Origin: Gemmatimonadota bacterium
Lineage (GTDB): Bacteria > Gemmatimonadota > Gemmatimonadetes > Gemmatimonadales > GWC2-71-9
Direction of reading: 5' to 3'
Assembly (NCBI GenBank): GCA_039586365.1
Contig: JBDHKN010000016.1
Span: 60,957 to 124,956, forward strand
Length of the DNA stretch: 64,000 bases
Below the pieces are notes generated by a model. That model was given only the letters and a program-made list of their open reading frames with translations, was not told the DNA's origin and did no database searches. A program made the translations under genes and the position numbers. Positions 40,490 through 50,672 of this stretch are shown here, one piece after another (within the stretch, counting starts at the first letter, position 1; each line of letters begins with the position of its first letter).

Positions 40490-41737
40490 GTGGAAATGAA
40501 GCGAATCATACGGTTACTCGCAGTCCAAAGCGCCACCATCGTTCTGGTCAGTTGCGGGGACCCGCTCGGGCCTGAGCCAATCACGGGCCTGCCCCGTGAC
40601 CTCAGTGTGGCGGAAGGGAATCTGATCGATGCGGACAACCAGTTTGCTTTGAAGTTGTTTCGGGAGATCGCCGAGGCAGAGGACGACAGGAATGTCTTCG
40701 TCTCGCCTCTCAGCGTGGCGATGGCGCTCGGAATGACGTACAACGGGGCAGACGGGAGCACCCGGGAAGCCATGCAGCAGGTCTTGGAGCTGCAGGGCAT
40801 GAGTCTGGAGGAGGTGAACCAGTCGTACAGGGACTTGATCGACCTATTGCGGAACCTCGACCCGCGAGTCGAGTTCGTCCTCGCTAACTCAATCTGGTAC
40901 CGGAACACCCTGACTTTCGAACCGGCATTCATCGATCTCAACCGGCAATACTTCGACGCCGAGGTGTCGGCTCTCGACTTCAGTGACCCTGCGGCATCAC
41001 AGACCATCAATGCGTGGGTGCAGGACAAGACACAGGGCAAGATAGACAAGATTGTGCCGGACCAGATTCCCTGGGACGTCATCATGTACCTCATCAATGC
41101 CATCTACTTCAAGGGCGATTGGACCTACCAGTTCGACAAGAGCCGCACCGCCCCTGCACCTTTCACACTCGCTGATGGGGCACATACGACGGTGGAGATG
41201 ATGTCACATGGCACCGAGGTGCCCGTCTCGATGGCAAGCGGTGACGGGTTCCAGGTCTTGGACCTACCGTACGGCGGTCAGGCTTTCAGCATGACAGTCG
41301 TATTGCCAAACGCTCCCGGAGACGTAGCTGCGGTCGTGGATCGGCTCTCGCAAGGCGATTTGCACTCATCGATCGCTGCGTTACATGAGACCGAAATACA
41401 CGTTTCGCTGCCCAAGTTCACGTTGGAGTACGAGATCACGCTTAACGAGGTGCTCAAGTCACTCGGCATGGGTATCGCTTTCTCGGCCGACTCGGCTGAC
41501 TTCTCTAACATGTATACGGGTCCGGGGAACGCGTACATAACCAATGTAAAACACAAGACCTTCGTGGATGTGGATGAGGAGGGGACGGAAGCTGCGGCAG
41601 CGACTTCGGTAGAGATAGGCTTGACCAGTGCACCGCCGGTATTTGTAGTGGACAGGCCCTTTGTCTTTGTGATCCGGGAGAAGTTCTCGGGTACCATCCT
41701 GTTCATGGGAAGGGTGATGGATCCGACGGCGGGGTGA
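40490..41737 (+). CDS. Serpin, lipoprotein
   Basis: Lipobox LVSC, NVFVSPLS, NAIYFKGDW, LPKF, hinge EEGTEAAAAT, DRPFVFVI...ILFMG. Confidence 0.95.
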   Translation: MEMKRIIRLLAVQSATIVLVSCGDPLGPEPITGLPRDLSVAEGNLIDADNQFALKLFREIAEAEDDRNVFVSPLSVAMALGMTYNGADGSTREAMQQVLELQGMSLEEVNQSYRDLIDLLRNLDPRVEFVLANSIWYRNTLTFEPAFIDLNRQYFDAEVSALDFSDPAASQTINAWVQDKTQGKIDKIVPDQIPWDVIMYLINAIYFKGDWTYQFDKSRTAPAPFTLADGAHTTVEMMSHGTEVPVSMASGDGFQVLDLPYGGQAFSMTVVLPNAPGDVAAVVDRLSQGDLHSSIAALHETEIHVSLPKFTLEYEITLNEVLKSLGMGIAFSADSADFSNMYTGPGNAYITNVKHKTFVDVDEEGTEAAAATSVEIGLTSAPPVFVVDRPFVFVIREKFSGTILFMGRVMDPTAG

Positions 41738-41773
41738 CCGGGCTAGATTCTCAAAGCTGAACAAGGAATGATG

Positions 41774-41807
41774 GATGAAGAAGTACCTGACCGGGCACTT
41801 CTTCATC
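41774..41807. terminator. Hairpin between convergent genes
   Basis: GATGAAGAAGT...ACTTCTTCATC inverted repeat. Confidence 0.6.
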
Positions 41808-41834
41808 GATAGTCCCTGTTCGGCATGCCTTTTC

Positions 41835-44396
41835 CTACCTCTCCAACTCAATGCGCGACCAATCCCACCCTTCCATCCCCCTGCTGTTCACGGCCTTGAC
41901 GGCGATAACGCTGCCAGGCTCTACGTCCGATAACGTCACGCGCGGATCGTTGACGGTGACGGATGTTTGGGACGGATCGCCCGGAGGTCCATAGGTTACG
42001 ATGTAGTGAGTCGCGTCCGACTCAACGGCCGGATTCCACCATACCTCCACCGATCCACCGCGGCGTTCGTATTCGATGCCTGTGAGCCGCGAGGGACTCG
42101 ATGCCAGCAGCATTATGGAAGCTACTGTGGTCTTGCTGACTTCTGCCACGAGCTGGTGGTTGACGGTCTCCAGCACATCGCTCACCTGGTGATAGTGGGG
42201 ACTGGCCAGGATGGGATACGACCCGATGCCACCCACGATGTCGCCGTACGCCTCGTAGTACGCGTGAGCGTCGGTGCTCTTATAGTACTTTGCATCGTAC
42301 GTAATGAGATCGGAGAAAAGCAACGCAGCCGCATGCTGCACATCACGAATACCGACGTTGGAGTAGCGTATAGTATTGTCGAGTCGGTGGTTCTCAGCCC
42401 ACCCAACCATGTCATTGTTGAGTGCTCCGACCAGTTGCTCCCCGGCTTCCACCGCCCGTCGAACGAACTCCCGACTCCCCAGCAGCCCTGCCTCTTCTCC
42501 GGTGAAGAGTGCGAATTCTATGGTGGCCGGCATCGGGCTGTGCGCCAACACTCGCGCAGCTTCCAGCAACGCCGTCGTGGCAGAGGTGTTGTCGTCAGCC
42601 CCGGGGCTTCGATTGTTGGAGTCAAAATGGCTGCTCACCACGTAGACGAGTTCGGGATCAATCGTTCCGCGTAGAGTTGCGATAACGTTGGCTGTCCGTG
42701 TACCGCGCGGCTCGAACCACTGCAGCTCCGGCTCGTAGCCGAAGGAGCGGAGCTTGTTCACCAGATAGTCGATCGCCATTCGATTGCCGGGCCGCGTGAT
42801 GTGCTTGGAGTCGAAGTTGAATAGATCTCTCGCGTACTCGTATATGCGCGGGGTAGACACGGCGGCCACGATCGGTTTGACATCGTCTGCTATGACCTCG
42901 TACATCTTGCGACCACGCTCCCGCAGGTCGAGTTCCGCTGCCAGGTTCCTGCGGATCCTTTCGAGCACTTCGGCCTTGGTGACTTTCCGAGAGAGATCCA
43001 AGAGGTACACGCCGCGTTCGGGAGAGACCGTATCACCGTCTCGTTCCGCAACGATGAGGAGTCTCGTGCCGTCAGGACTGAGGGCCCATTCGTACTCGGG
43101 AGCGACGGTCCTGACCGTATTGTTGCGGAACAACCACGTGCGTTCATCGTTCATCAGATCATACAGATGCGAGCGTCTGTGTCGACTCTCACCCATGAGA
43201 GCCAGCAACTTGCTGTTGGAGATGAACTGTGGAAACAGGTCGTGTTGGATATCACGCGTGAGCCGCCTCTCATCACTACCATCGCTTCCCACCAAGTGGA
43301 GTTCCCAGTCATCCCGCGGCATCACCTGAAAAGCCACACGACTTCCATCGGGTGACAAAGCGATGCTGGATAAGGTCGGGCACGCAGGACAAGCCTGGGA
43401 AGCCATGCGACCGATTGGGTACGGGGTCCTGCTCACGAGAAATGGCTCGGCGCCGGCCTGGAGCGATACGACCTTCACTACGTTTTGGTCGCCGTCACTG
43501 CCACTGAAGGCGAGGGTGGTACCGTCGGCCGAGACAGTGGGTGAACTAGCAGCATAGAAACGCGTTGTACCCGTCGCCAGCTCGACTACGCCCACAGTGT
43601 CGCCCCCAAGCGTATGAACCAAATGCGTGCCGCCGAGCACCAAGCGGGGATTGCCCTTGCGGCCCGGCCCCTCGGTTATGCGGCGCGGATCGCCATAGGC
43701 GGTGATTTGGTAAATGTCGGTGAACTCTGCATCGCCCTTGACACTCCCAACGAAGTAGATGGTTTCGCCGCTGGTCCCGAAGACAAGGCTGTACACTCCC
43801 AGGTCATCTGGTGCGATTGTCCGCTCACGAGCTGACTGCAACTGTCTCAGGACGATTCGCGAGTGCTCCGCATTGACGCGGGCCATTTCTGTTCGCATTC
43901 GCTGCATGGTTGCGCGGTCTCGCGCCTGACTGCGGCTCTGTAGCTCGGCTATCGCCTGCCTATGTTCTGGCGTATCCGGGACCGTCAGGTAAGCCACGTG
44001 GTCACCAGCCGGCGCAAACACCAGCCCGCTCCCGTGTACTTCGGCAACGGTGGTTGTGCTGTCACCGGCGAGTGCAACGATGTACGTGGTCAATTCTGTT
44101 GCCGTTCCAGTCTCGTACGCGGCGTACCGGCCATCCGGACTCCACCTGACGGCACGGCCGTCGGGCGCGAGCTCAGTCACGTGATAGAGTTCGCCGGTGA
44201 GGAGCGCGATTCGCTCGAGCAACTCCTCGCCGCCGGGGTCCGATAGCAGTCGCTCGAGCCCTTCCAGGGCTTCCACATAACGACCGGCATCCCAGGCGTA
44301 GTACGCGGAATCGAATTGAGCTTGATTTGACTGCTGTGCGACAGCGCGCAGGGGCAGGACCAAGAGCAGTGCTGCAGCAAGGTGGCGCGTTTTCAT
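41835..44396 (-). CDS. Secreted M28 metallopeptidase with PD40 propeller and C-terminal FN3-like domain
   Basis: Signal peptide, WSPDG/LSPDG repeats, SSHFDS, GADDN, GEEAGLLGS, NNDM, HYH. C-terminal WNPAVE...YIVTY...VAVKAVN. Confidence 0.9.
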   Translation of the reverse strand: MKTRHLAAALLLVLPLRAVAQQSNQAQFDSAYYAWDAGRYVEALEGLERLLSDPGGEELLERIALLTGELYHVTELAPDGRAVRWSPDGRYAAYETGTATELTTYIVALAGDSTTTVAEVHGSGLVFAPAGDHVAYLTVPDTPEHRQAIAELQSRSQARDRATMQRMRTEMARVNAEHSRIVLRQLQSARERTIAPDDLGVYSLVFGTSGETIYFVGSVKGDAEFTDIYQITAYGDPRRITEGPGRKGNPRLVLGGTHLVHTLGGDTVGVVELATGTTRFYAASSPTVSADGTTLAFSGSDGDQNVVKVVSLQAGAEPFLVSRTPYPIGRMASQACPACPTLSSIALSPDGSRVAFQVMPRDDWELHLVGSDGSDERRLTRDIQHDLFPQFISNSKLLALMGESRHRRSHLYDLMNDERTWLFRNNTVRTVAPEYEWALSPDGTRLLIVAERDGDTVSPERGVYLLDLSRKVTKAEVLERIRRNLAAELDLRERGRKMYEVIADDVKPIVAAVSTPRIYEYARDLFNFDSKHITRPGNRMAIDYLVNKLRSFGYEPELQWFEPRGTRTANVIATLRGTIDPELVYVVSSHFDSNNRSPGADDNTSATTALLEAARVLAHSPMPATIEFALFTGEEAGLLGSREFVRRAVEAGEQLVGALNNDMVGWAENHRLDNTIRYSNVGIRDVQHAAALLFSDLITYDAKYYKSTDAHAYYEAYGDIVGGIGSYPILASPHYHQVSDVLETVNHQLVAEVSKTTVASIMLLASSPSRLTGIEYERRGGSVEVWWNPAVESDATHYIVTYGPPGDPSQTSVTVNDPRVTLSDVEPGSVIAVKAVNSRGMEGWDWSRIELER

Positions 44397-44588
44397 ATTG
44401 TCACCTGAACTTCAGGGTGGTTGCCGTGGAGCTGAGGGTCGGCCGTCGCCGAACCCCTCTTAAAGTAACTATGCGGCAATACATGTTGACTGGCCGCCGT
44501 CATTCACTGCCCTGATGGCTTCTCCGAACCATGTGACCAACATTACTCGTTCCGGGTATAACGAGTATACCGGACACAAGAGGAAACC

Positions 44589-45786
44589 ATGAGGCGATTC
44601 ATCCAGTGGCTTCCTTCCCTTGCCTTAGCCGCCGGGCTGACGGGATGTGGAGATTCACTTGGACCACCAGGTGACCCTATCCTCGGCCTTCCCCGCGAGT
44701 TGAGCGTCGCCGAAGGAAAATTGATTGAGGCCGACAACTCGTTCGCCCTGAAACTGTTCCGCGAAATCAACCGGCAGGAAGGAGACACCAACATATTCAT
44801 TTCGCCCCTCAGCGTGGCGATGGCCTTGGGCATGACCTACAACGGGGCGGCCGGCAACACTCGAGACGCGATGCAGCAGACGCTGGAGCTGCAGGGGATG
44901 AGTCTTGAGGACGTGAACCGGTCCTACCGGGATCTGATCGATCTGTTGAGGAATCTGGATCCGCTAGTCGAGTTTCTCATCGCCAACTCCATCTGGTATC
45001 GGAACACAATCACCTTCGAGCAGGCATTCCTCGACATCAACCGGCAGTTCTTCGATGCTGAGGTGAGGGCCCTGGATTTCAGCGATCCCTCTGCGTCTCA
45101 GATCATCAACGGCTGGGTTGAAGAGAACACCAGAGGGAAGATCAAGGAGATCGTACCCGCGGTGATCCCTGCTGACATAATCATGTATCTGATCAATGCG
45201 ATCTACTTCAAAGGCGACTGGACCTATCAGTTCGACCAAGATCTGACTCAGGACGGTTCCTTTACGCTGAAGGATGGGTCGCAGACGACGACGGACATGA
45301 TGTGGCACGCGGAACCGGCTGGTGTGGGATATTCTCGCGGCGACAACGTGACGATCGTCGATCTACCCTACGGGGGTCGAGCATTCAGCATGACAATCAT
45401 CGTGCCGGACACGCCGCAAGGTATCGACTCGTTGATCGGCACGTTGACAGGTGAGAACTGGGCTCAATGGATGGCCGGCATCGACTCCACCGCAACCGTT
45501 GTGTCGATGCCCAAGTTCAAACTCGAGTTCAAGCTCGAGATGAACGACGTGCTCAAAGCGTCCGGGCGGAGGAGCCTGCATTAGCTATGTGGATCACAAG
45601 GCGTTTGTGGATGTGAACGAGGAAGGCACGGAAGCAGCGGCGGTCACCGTGGTTGCCATTGGCGAATCGGCTAGCCTGGGGCCTCCGACGCTGATCATCG
45701 ACCGGCCATTTGTCTTCGTAGTCCGTGAGAGGTTCTCGGGCACGATCCTGTTCATGGGGAAAATGATGGACCCGACTGCGGGGTGA
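44589..45786 (+). pseudogene. Second lipoprotein serpin, interrupted by an internal deletion and +1 frameshift near 45561
   Basis: The N-part (44589-45584) and C-part (45562-45786, different frame) both align to the 40490 serpin. About 19 codons are missing at the junction. Confidence 0.8.
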
Positions 45787-46125
45787 GATTCCGCGCAACT
45801 AGCCTCCCATTTAGGTGGGCTGAGCCGAGAGTATCGAACGCCGCCGGACGCTCGAAGCTGTGAAGCTGTGGGTCACCGGCGATGCTAGGGCGACACAGGA
45901 AAGAAACCGGACGTGGGCGGTAGCGCCTATACCAGCAGAGCTATGGCTACCTGCGAGGGCGGGTGAGATAGGTAGCCTCAGTGAGACTCGATGCGTCGAC
46001 CCAACTCGGTGCGATCAGACGGGATTGCGGCCGAGTTGAGACAACCACCAGGACGACGGGTGCCAGTTTCCAACATGGCAGCGCGTAGGGTACGACTGTC
46101 GCAACGCCCGGATGCTCTTTGAATC

Positions 46126-47406
46126 TCATCGCATCACCACCTTGAGCCGCATCACATACTCCACATCCATCTCATCGCGCCAGACACCGTAAGCTACATC
46201 GCCCACGAACCTGACCAGCTCGAACCGCTTGGGTAGGGTCACCTCTCCGAGGAAGCGTCCCTGTGCATCGAACACATCCCAATCCGGCGCACCCAGTGCC
46301 AGACGCGGGTTGGCGAGGAACACTTCAGGATTGTGCGCACGGTAGCTCAAGTCATCTCGTTCCTCCTCGGAAAGCTCACTGGGGTGTGACACCTGTTGCA
46401 CCCAGAGGCTCTCCTGAGGCCCGAACTGAAAACGGAAGAATGCCGGATAATGATCTGCGAGCTGAATGTTCCGCTCGAATTGTCGGAATAGGGACTGCGG
46501 AAACACATGCTGGAGCGCGTCCATGAAGATCCGCTCGTCGGCTGTGGTCACCGGCACCGTCTCGGTCGGCTTGTTGATGATCCGCACCGTGGCGCCGGTG
46601 CTATCGTAGAATGCGATGCGATAGTCGCTGCTAAATCCGTACGCAATACCCGCCTCCGCAGTGAGCGTCCAAACGGGATCTGCTGCCAACAGGTTGAAAT
46701 GAGGGCCGTCTTCGGACATCGAGATAGCCGTTCCCGCGGGAAACTGGAGTAGTGTGTCGCTGACTGACCCGTCGGTGTTCCACAGTACGACGGCGTCAGG
46801 CGTGCCAGGTGCCGCCTCACCCATGAATCCCAGGAATCGAAGCTGCACGGCGAGCCGCCCGTCACCCGTCATCTCCCAGCGGACGGGAATCCCACGGCGG
46901 ATATCGAATGGGGTGCCGGGTACGCTGGAACCGTTGGTGTCAAATCGGCTCACTCGGTAGTTCTGGAGATCAGGGATAGCCAGTGTATCGCCGGCCTCCA
47001 TGAGACACGGACCCAACGCATTGCCCAGGTCTTCCGGTCCTGACCCCATCTGGCCGAAGGCGTCAAGGAACACGCCATCTGGTGAGTACACCCGCGCCGA
47101 CGAGGCTGCCTCATCGACTACGTAGATTCGCCCTCCCGTATCAACGCAGATGCCGGCAATCCGGCCAAACAGGTAATCGGGATTGCCCTCGGCTTCTCCG
47201 ATCAAGAGGTCCTGCACGGCACGCCACTCGGAACCCTGGCGCCACAGTCCGTCAGCGGGATTCGAAATGACCGTCAGTCCGGCACTATCGCTAAAGGTAC
47301 CTTCCCACCCAACGGCGTCGCCCCGCGAGCAGGTGAAGCTCAATAGGACGAGTGATAGCAAGATGAAGTGCACTTGCGCTGTCTGTTGTGTGCCCACGCG
47401 GCCCAA
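46126..47406 (-). CDS. 6-bladed beta-propeller protein, probable lipoprotein
   Basis: FTC lipobox-like motif, IGEAEG...FGRI, GQMGSGPED, WDVFDAQGRFLG, DEMDVEYV. Confidence 0.82.
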   Translation of the reverse strand: MGRVGTQQTAQVHFILLSLVLLSFTCSRGDAVGWEGTFSDSAGLTVISNPADGLWRQGSEWRAVQDLLIGEAEGNPDYLFGRIAGICVDTGGRIYVVDEAASSARVYSPDGVFLDAFGQMGSGPEDLGNALGPCLMEAGDTLAIPDLQNYRVSRFDTNGSSVPGTPFDIRRGIPVRWEMTGDGRLAVQLRFLGFMGEAAPGTPDAVVLWNTDGSVSDTLLQFPAGTAISMSEDGPHFNLLAADPVWTLTAEAGIAYGFSSDYRIAFYDSTGATVRIINKPTETVPVTTADERIFMDALQHVFPQSLFRQFERNIQLADHYPAFFRFQFGPQESLWVQQVSHPSELSEEERDDLSYRAHNPEVFLANPRLALGAPDWDVFDAQGRFLGEVTLPKRFELVRFVGDVAYGVWRDEMDVEYVMRLKVVMR

Positions 47407-47866
47407 GTTACCTCCAGTAGATAGATATCGACTATAACTATACTAAATGGTGTATTGAAGTTCATGAACGGATCATGGGAGGTATGTGACAATACCATCT
47501 CGATCCGCCGGACCGACGCTTCGGAGGTCCGCACCCGGGATCCGGTAACTCATTGTCACTACTACCTTTAGTGGAATCATGTCCATACCTTATGTTCTTA
47601 GTCTGATGGTAGACACCGATATCGACGTAGTGGTCGGAAGTCTCTGCCGTTCACCCAGGGTACGGCAGGGCCGGAGAACTGTGCCTGCCAAGGGACCGAG
47701 GTGCTGGTGGTACGGTTGAAGCCTGTTGGCGTCTTGGTCTTAGCCTAGTGAGCTGCGCGACGGCGCGGTCCTTCCGACCGAATCGGGAGCATCAAATCGG
47801 CAGCGCGCTCTCCGACGATGGGAGCCAGAGCGCCATTCTGGACCGATGCAGATGCGACTGGTTGAT

Positions 47867-47895
47867 TTGACAAGACGGCAACCCCGGACTAGCGT
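47867..47895 (+). promoter_or_regulatory. Candidate sigma70 promoter upstream of csp
   Basis: TTGACA-N17-TAGCGT, which would give a leader of about 250 nt. Confidence 0.4.
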
Positions 47896-48153
47896 TAATG
47901 AGTGCGTAGGTATATTGCAACGAGCGCTGCGAACCAGTGAACATCAGTTTCGGGACCTGGTGCATAACCAGGCCCCCTTTTTTTCGAAGTTGACACAGAT
48001 CCACGGTCCGCTCCGGCGTGCTGGCCAGTATTAAGCAAGGAGCCGGGAGCGGCAGCCCATCGCGGGGGCAAGGTCCGCGCACGATGTTGAGGGCTCGGTA
48101 GGTACGGCATATCCGGACTCCGAGGACATCAACAACAACACGAGGAGTATGGA

Positions 48154-48366
48154 ATGCGTATCACAGGAACCGTGAAGTGGTTCAACGACAGTAAGGGCTT
48201 CGGCTTCATCACGCGCGAGGACGGCGAGAAAGACTGTTTCGTTCATCATTCGGCGATCCAGGGTGGCGGATTCAAGTCGCTCCGCGAGGGTGAGCGGGTG
48301 GAGTTCGACGTCGTGCAGGGCGATAAGGGACCGGCAGCGGAGAACGTCACCCGGCTCGACGGCTGA
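48154..48366 (+). CDS. csp: Cold-shock protein (CspA family)
   Basis: GTVKWFN, KGFGFI (RNP1), FVHHS (RNP2), GPAAENV. RBS GAGGAG. Confidence 0.97.
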   Translation: MRITGTVKWFNDSKGFGFITREDGEKDCFVHHSAIQGGGFKSLREGERVEFDVVQGDKGPAAENVTRLDG

Positions 48367-48393
48367 GTGGAGCTGCGCTGACGGCAAGTAGGT

Positions 48394-48427
48394 GGTGGCC
48401 ACCCGCGGAGGTCCGTGGGTGGCCGCT
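48394..48427 (+). terminator. Strong GC hairpin between csp and rpsU
   Basis: GGTGGCCACCCGCGGA-gg-TCCGTGGGTGGCCGCT with a weak U-tract. Confidence 0.5.
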
Positions 48428-48468
48428 TCACGATTCACCCATTCCCCAACGTCAAGCGTGGTAGGGAA

Positions 48469-48660
48469 ATGATTGAGATTGTTCTCGGCGAAGGAGACAG
48501 TGTGGATTGGGCGCTGAAGGCATTCAGGCGGAAGATACAGCGCTCTGGCATCCTGAGAGATTTGAGTAGGGGCCGCTTCTATACCAAACCGAGTTTGGCA
48601 AGGAGACTGAAGCTGGCGGCTGCAAAGCGGCGCAGACGTCGGAACCACCGCAACTCATGA
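48469..48660 (+). CDS. rpsU: 30S ribosomal protein bS21
   Basis: MIEIVLGEGDSVDWALKAFRRKIQRSGILRDL...FYTKPS...RR. Confidence 0.9.
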   Translation: MIEIVLGEGDSVDWALKAFRRKIQRSGILRDLSRGRFYTKPSLARRLKLAAAKRRRRRNHRNS

Positions 48661-49094
48661 CTGGGACGGAAATGCTGCTAATGGATAATGGGCGAGCGTA
48701 TACAGACCGATTCGGCCACGAGTGGTCGGTAAGTGCGGGGCAAGTGCGTGGGGCGAACAAGTCCGTGGTCTTCACGTGCGGTGAATTCCAATTGGTTGCC
48801 GCGGAGGCCGAGGTAGCAAATGCGGCCAACTTCACCGATAGTCAACTCAAAGAACTCTTCTGTGACGCTGAGCGAGTTGTGGTGCATGAGAACGAGATGT
48901 GGTACGTAGGGTATCGGCGAAGAGCGAGTGGGCGGGGCGGTCGGGCCCAGGGAGGAATGTGCACCAGATTCAGGTCGGAGACCGGAGAACTCCGCTATGC
49001 CAAAGCCATGATTCTCTTCAGACACATGCGTGAAGATGCTTTGCTTGAGCACTTGGCGGCTGCACAAAGAGCCACCTCCAATGCCACCTCATGA
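48657..49094 (+). CDS. Hypothetical protein with two copies of a small domain
   Basis: ATGA overlap with rpsU. Internal repeat W.V...F.(C/S)...(T/R)(D/E)..L..(L/H)...A.R. Confidence 0.7.
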   Translation: MTGTEMLLMDNGRAYTDRFGHEWSVSAGQVRGANKSVVFTCGEFQLVAAEAEVANAANFTDSQLKELFCDAERVVVHENEMWYVGYRRRASGRGGRAQGGMCTRFRSETGELRYAKAMILFRHMREDALLEHLAAAQRATSNATS

Positions 49095-49643
49095 ACGGGC
49101 TGGATCGGTTGGAGTTGGCTGACCGGCACGGATTGCGATAAGATGGTGCAACGAGCCTCGACGCTATTCGCGTCGGGGCTCGTTTGCTCTCCACGGTGAC
49201 GCCCCTTCCGCAACTCGAACTGAGGCAGGTGGCTCTCTCAACGAGGCACCGAGCGGTCTCAGTCGCCGAGGTCTCAAGAGACTAGGCGCACCGGGTAACG
49301 CTCTGGCGATTGCCGGCCGATTGCCCGCAATCGGGGATCCGCGATCGTGCGTCTGCTGCGAAGCCGGAACCGGTGAAATGAGGGCTGCGGCATGGAGCTG
49401 AGTGGCAGATCACGGAGTCGCAGGCGTGGCAGCTGGCGAGGCACACGCCCGAAACTAGATTGCTGTGGCAAGGATGCGGCTCGCATCAGTCAGAGGGGCA
49501 CCTGCCAAACCATCAACGGGTGGCGTTGGCAGCAGTGCAGCTTGCCCCGTTGCGTTGGGGGGGGCGCTATTGATATGAAGTCATATCCATCTGGGCTAGC
49601 ATACTAGGCCTACGATAGTCCACGCAATCCGCGCTGCAATGGA

Positions 49644-50672
49644 ATGGGCAGAGTAGGGTTGAAACGAGCCTGGTACCGGCTTCCTGACGAGCGGCTGCTC
49701 GATGTCAGGCTGTGTGACCTCGGTTTGAGAATCAAGGGTAGTCCGCTGCAAAGCCGGATCGAGCAGCTCTATGCCGAGCTCGAGCATCACAACATCTGTT
49801 TTCGCCCCCACTACTGGCTTTCAAGCGACTGGTTCTCCCCCGAGGATGTACCAGGGATTGCGGTCCCATTCTTCCTTTCCCACTCCCGGCTCATGAAACT
49901 GGAGCGGCGCATGATGCTGGAGGTCGAGGGCGGTACCAAGACGTGGTGCATGCAGCTGTTGAGGCACGAAACAGGTCATGCCATCGAGGTAGCCTATCGG
50001 CTGAAGCGCAGGGCGAAATGGCAAACGGTCTTCGGACGTTCGTCGCGGGCTTACCCCGAGTTCTATAAGCCCAAGCCATTCAGCCGCGAGTACGTGTTAC
50101 ATCTGGATTGGTGGTACGCGCAGAGTCATCCAGTGGAGGATTTTGCTGAGACCTTCGCAGTCTGGATGAGGCCGGGATCGGAGTGGCGCAGGAAGTACAA
50201 AGGCTGGCCGGCTCTCAAGAAGCTGGAGTATGTGGATGAGCTGATGTCGGAAATCTCTGACAGAGCACCTTTGGTGCGATCGAGAGCACGGTTGGAGCCA
50301 CTCGATCAACTGGATATCACGTTGCGGGAGCACTACGAAGCAAAACAGCTACGTTATGGAACCGAGCATCCCGACGTCTATCCGCAGGACCTCAGAAGGC
50401 TCTTCTCGGATTCACCGGCTCACGGCAAGAAGCCGCCAGCTACGGCACTACTTCGTCGCATGGGACCTGAACTGAGAGAGCTGGTGTCCAGTTGGACAGG
50501 GGAGTCTGCATACACCGTCAATATGCTGCTGAAGGAGATGATCAAGCACTGCCGCCGACTGAATCTACGCGTCCACCGTCCAGAACGTGAGGTGAGGATT
50601 GAACTAGCTGTTCTCTTGACGATGCACACCATGAACTTCGTATATAGCGACGATCACAGGTTGGCTCTATGA
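49644..50672 (+). CDS. Putative zincin-like zinc metallopeptidase
   Basis: LRHETGHA (HExxH) and YAQSHPVEDFAETFA. No signal peptide. Confidence 0.85.
   Translation: MGRVGLKRAWYRLPDERLLDVRLCDLGLRIKGSPLQSRIEQLYAELEHHNICFRPHYWLSSDWFSPEDVPGIAVPFFLSHSRLMKLERRMMLEVEGGTKTWCMQLLRHETGHAIEVAYRLKRRAKWQTVFGRSSRAYPEFYKPKPFSREYVLHLDWWYAQSHPVEDFAETFAVWMRPGSEWRRKYKGWPALKKLEYVDELMSEISDRAPLVRSRARLEPLDQLDITLREHYEAKQLRYGTEHPDVYPQDLRRLFSDSPAHGKKPPATALLRRMGPELRELVSSWTGESAYTVNMLLKEMIKHCRRLNLRVHRPEREVRIELAVLLTMHTMNFVYSDDHRLAL

Noticed and set aside
49095..49643. Structured ncRNA in a 550-bp intergenic region
   Set aside because: Only short hairpins are present, with no tRNA, tmRNA, RNase P or SRP signature. An Infernal search would be needed.
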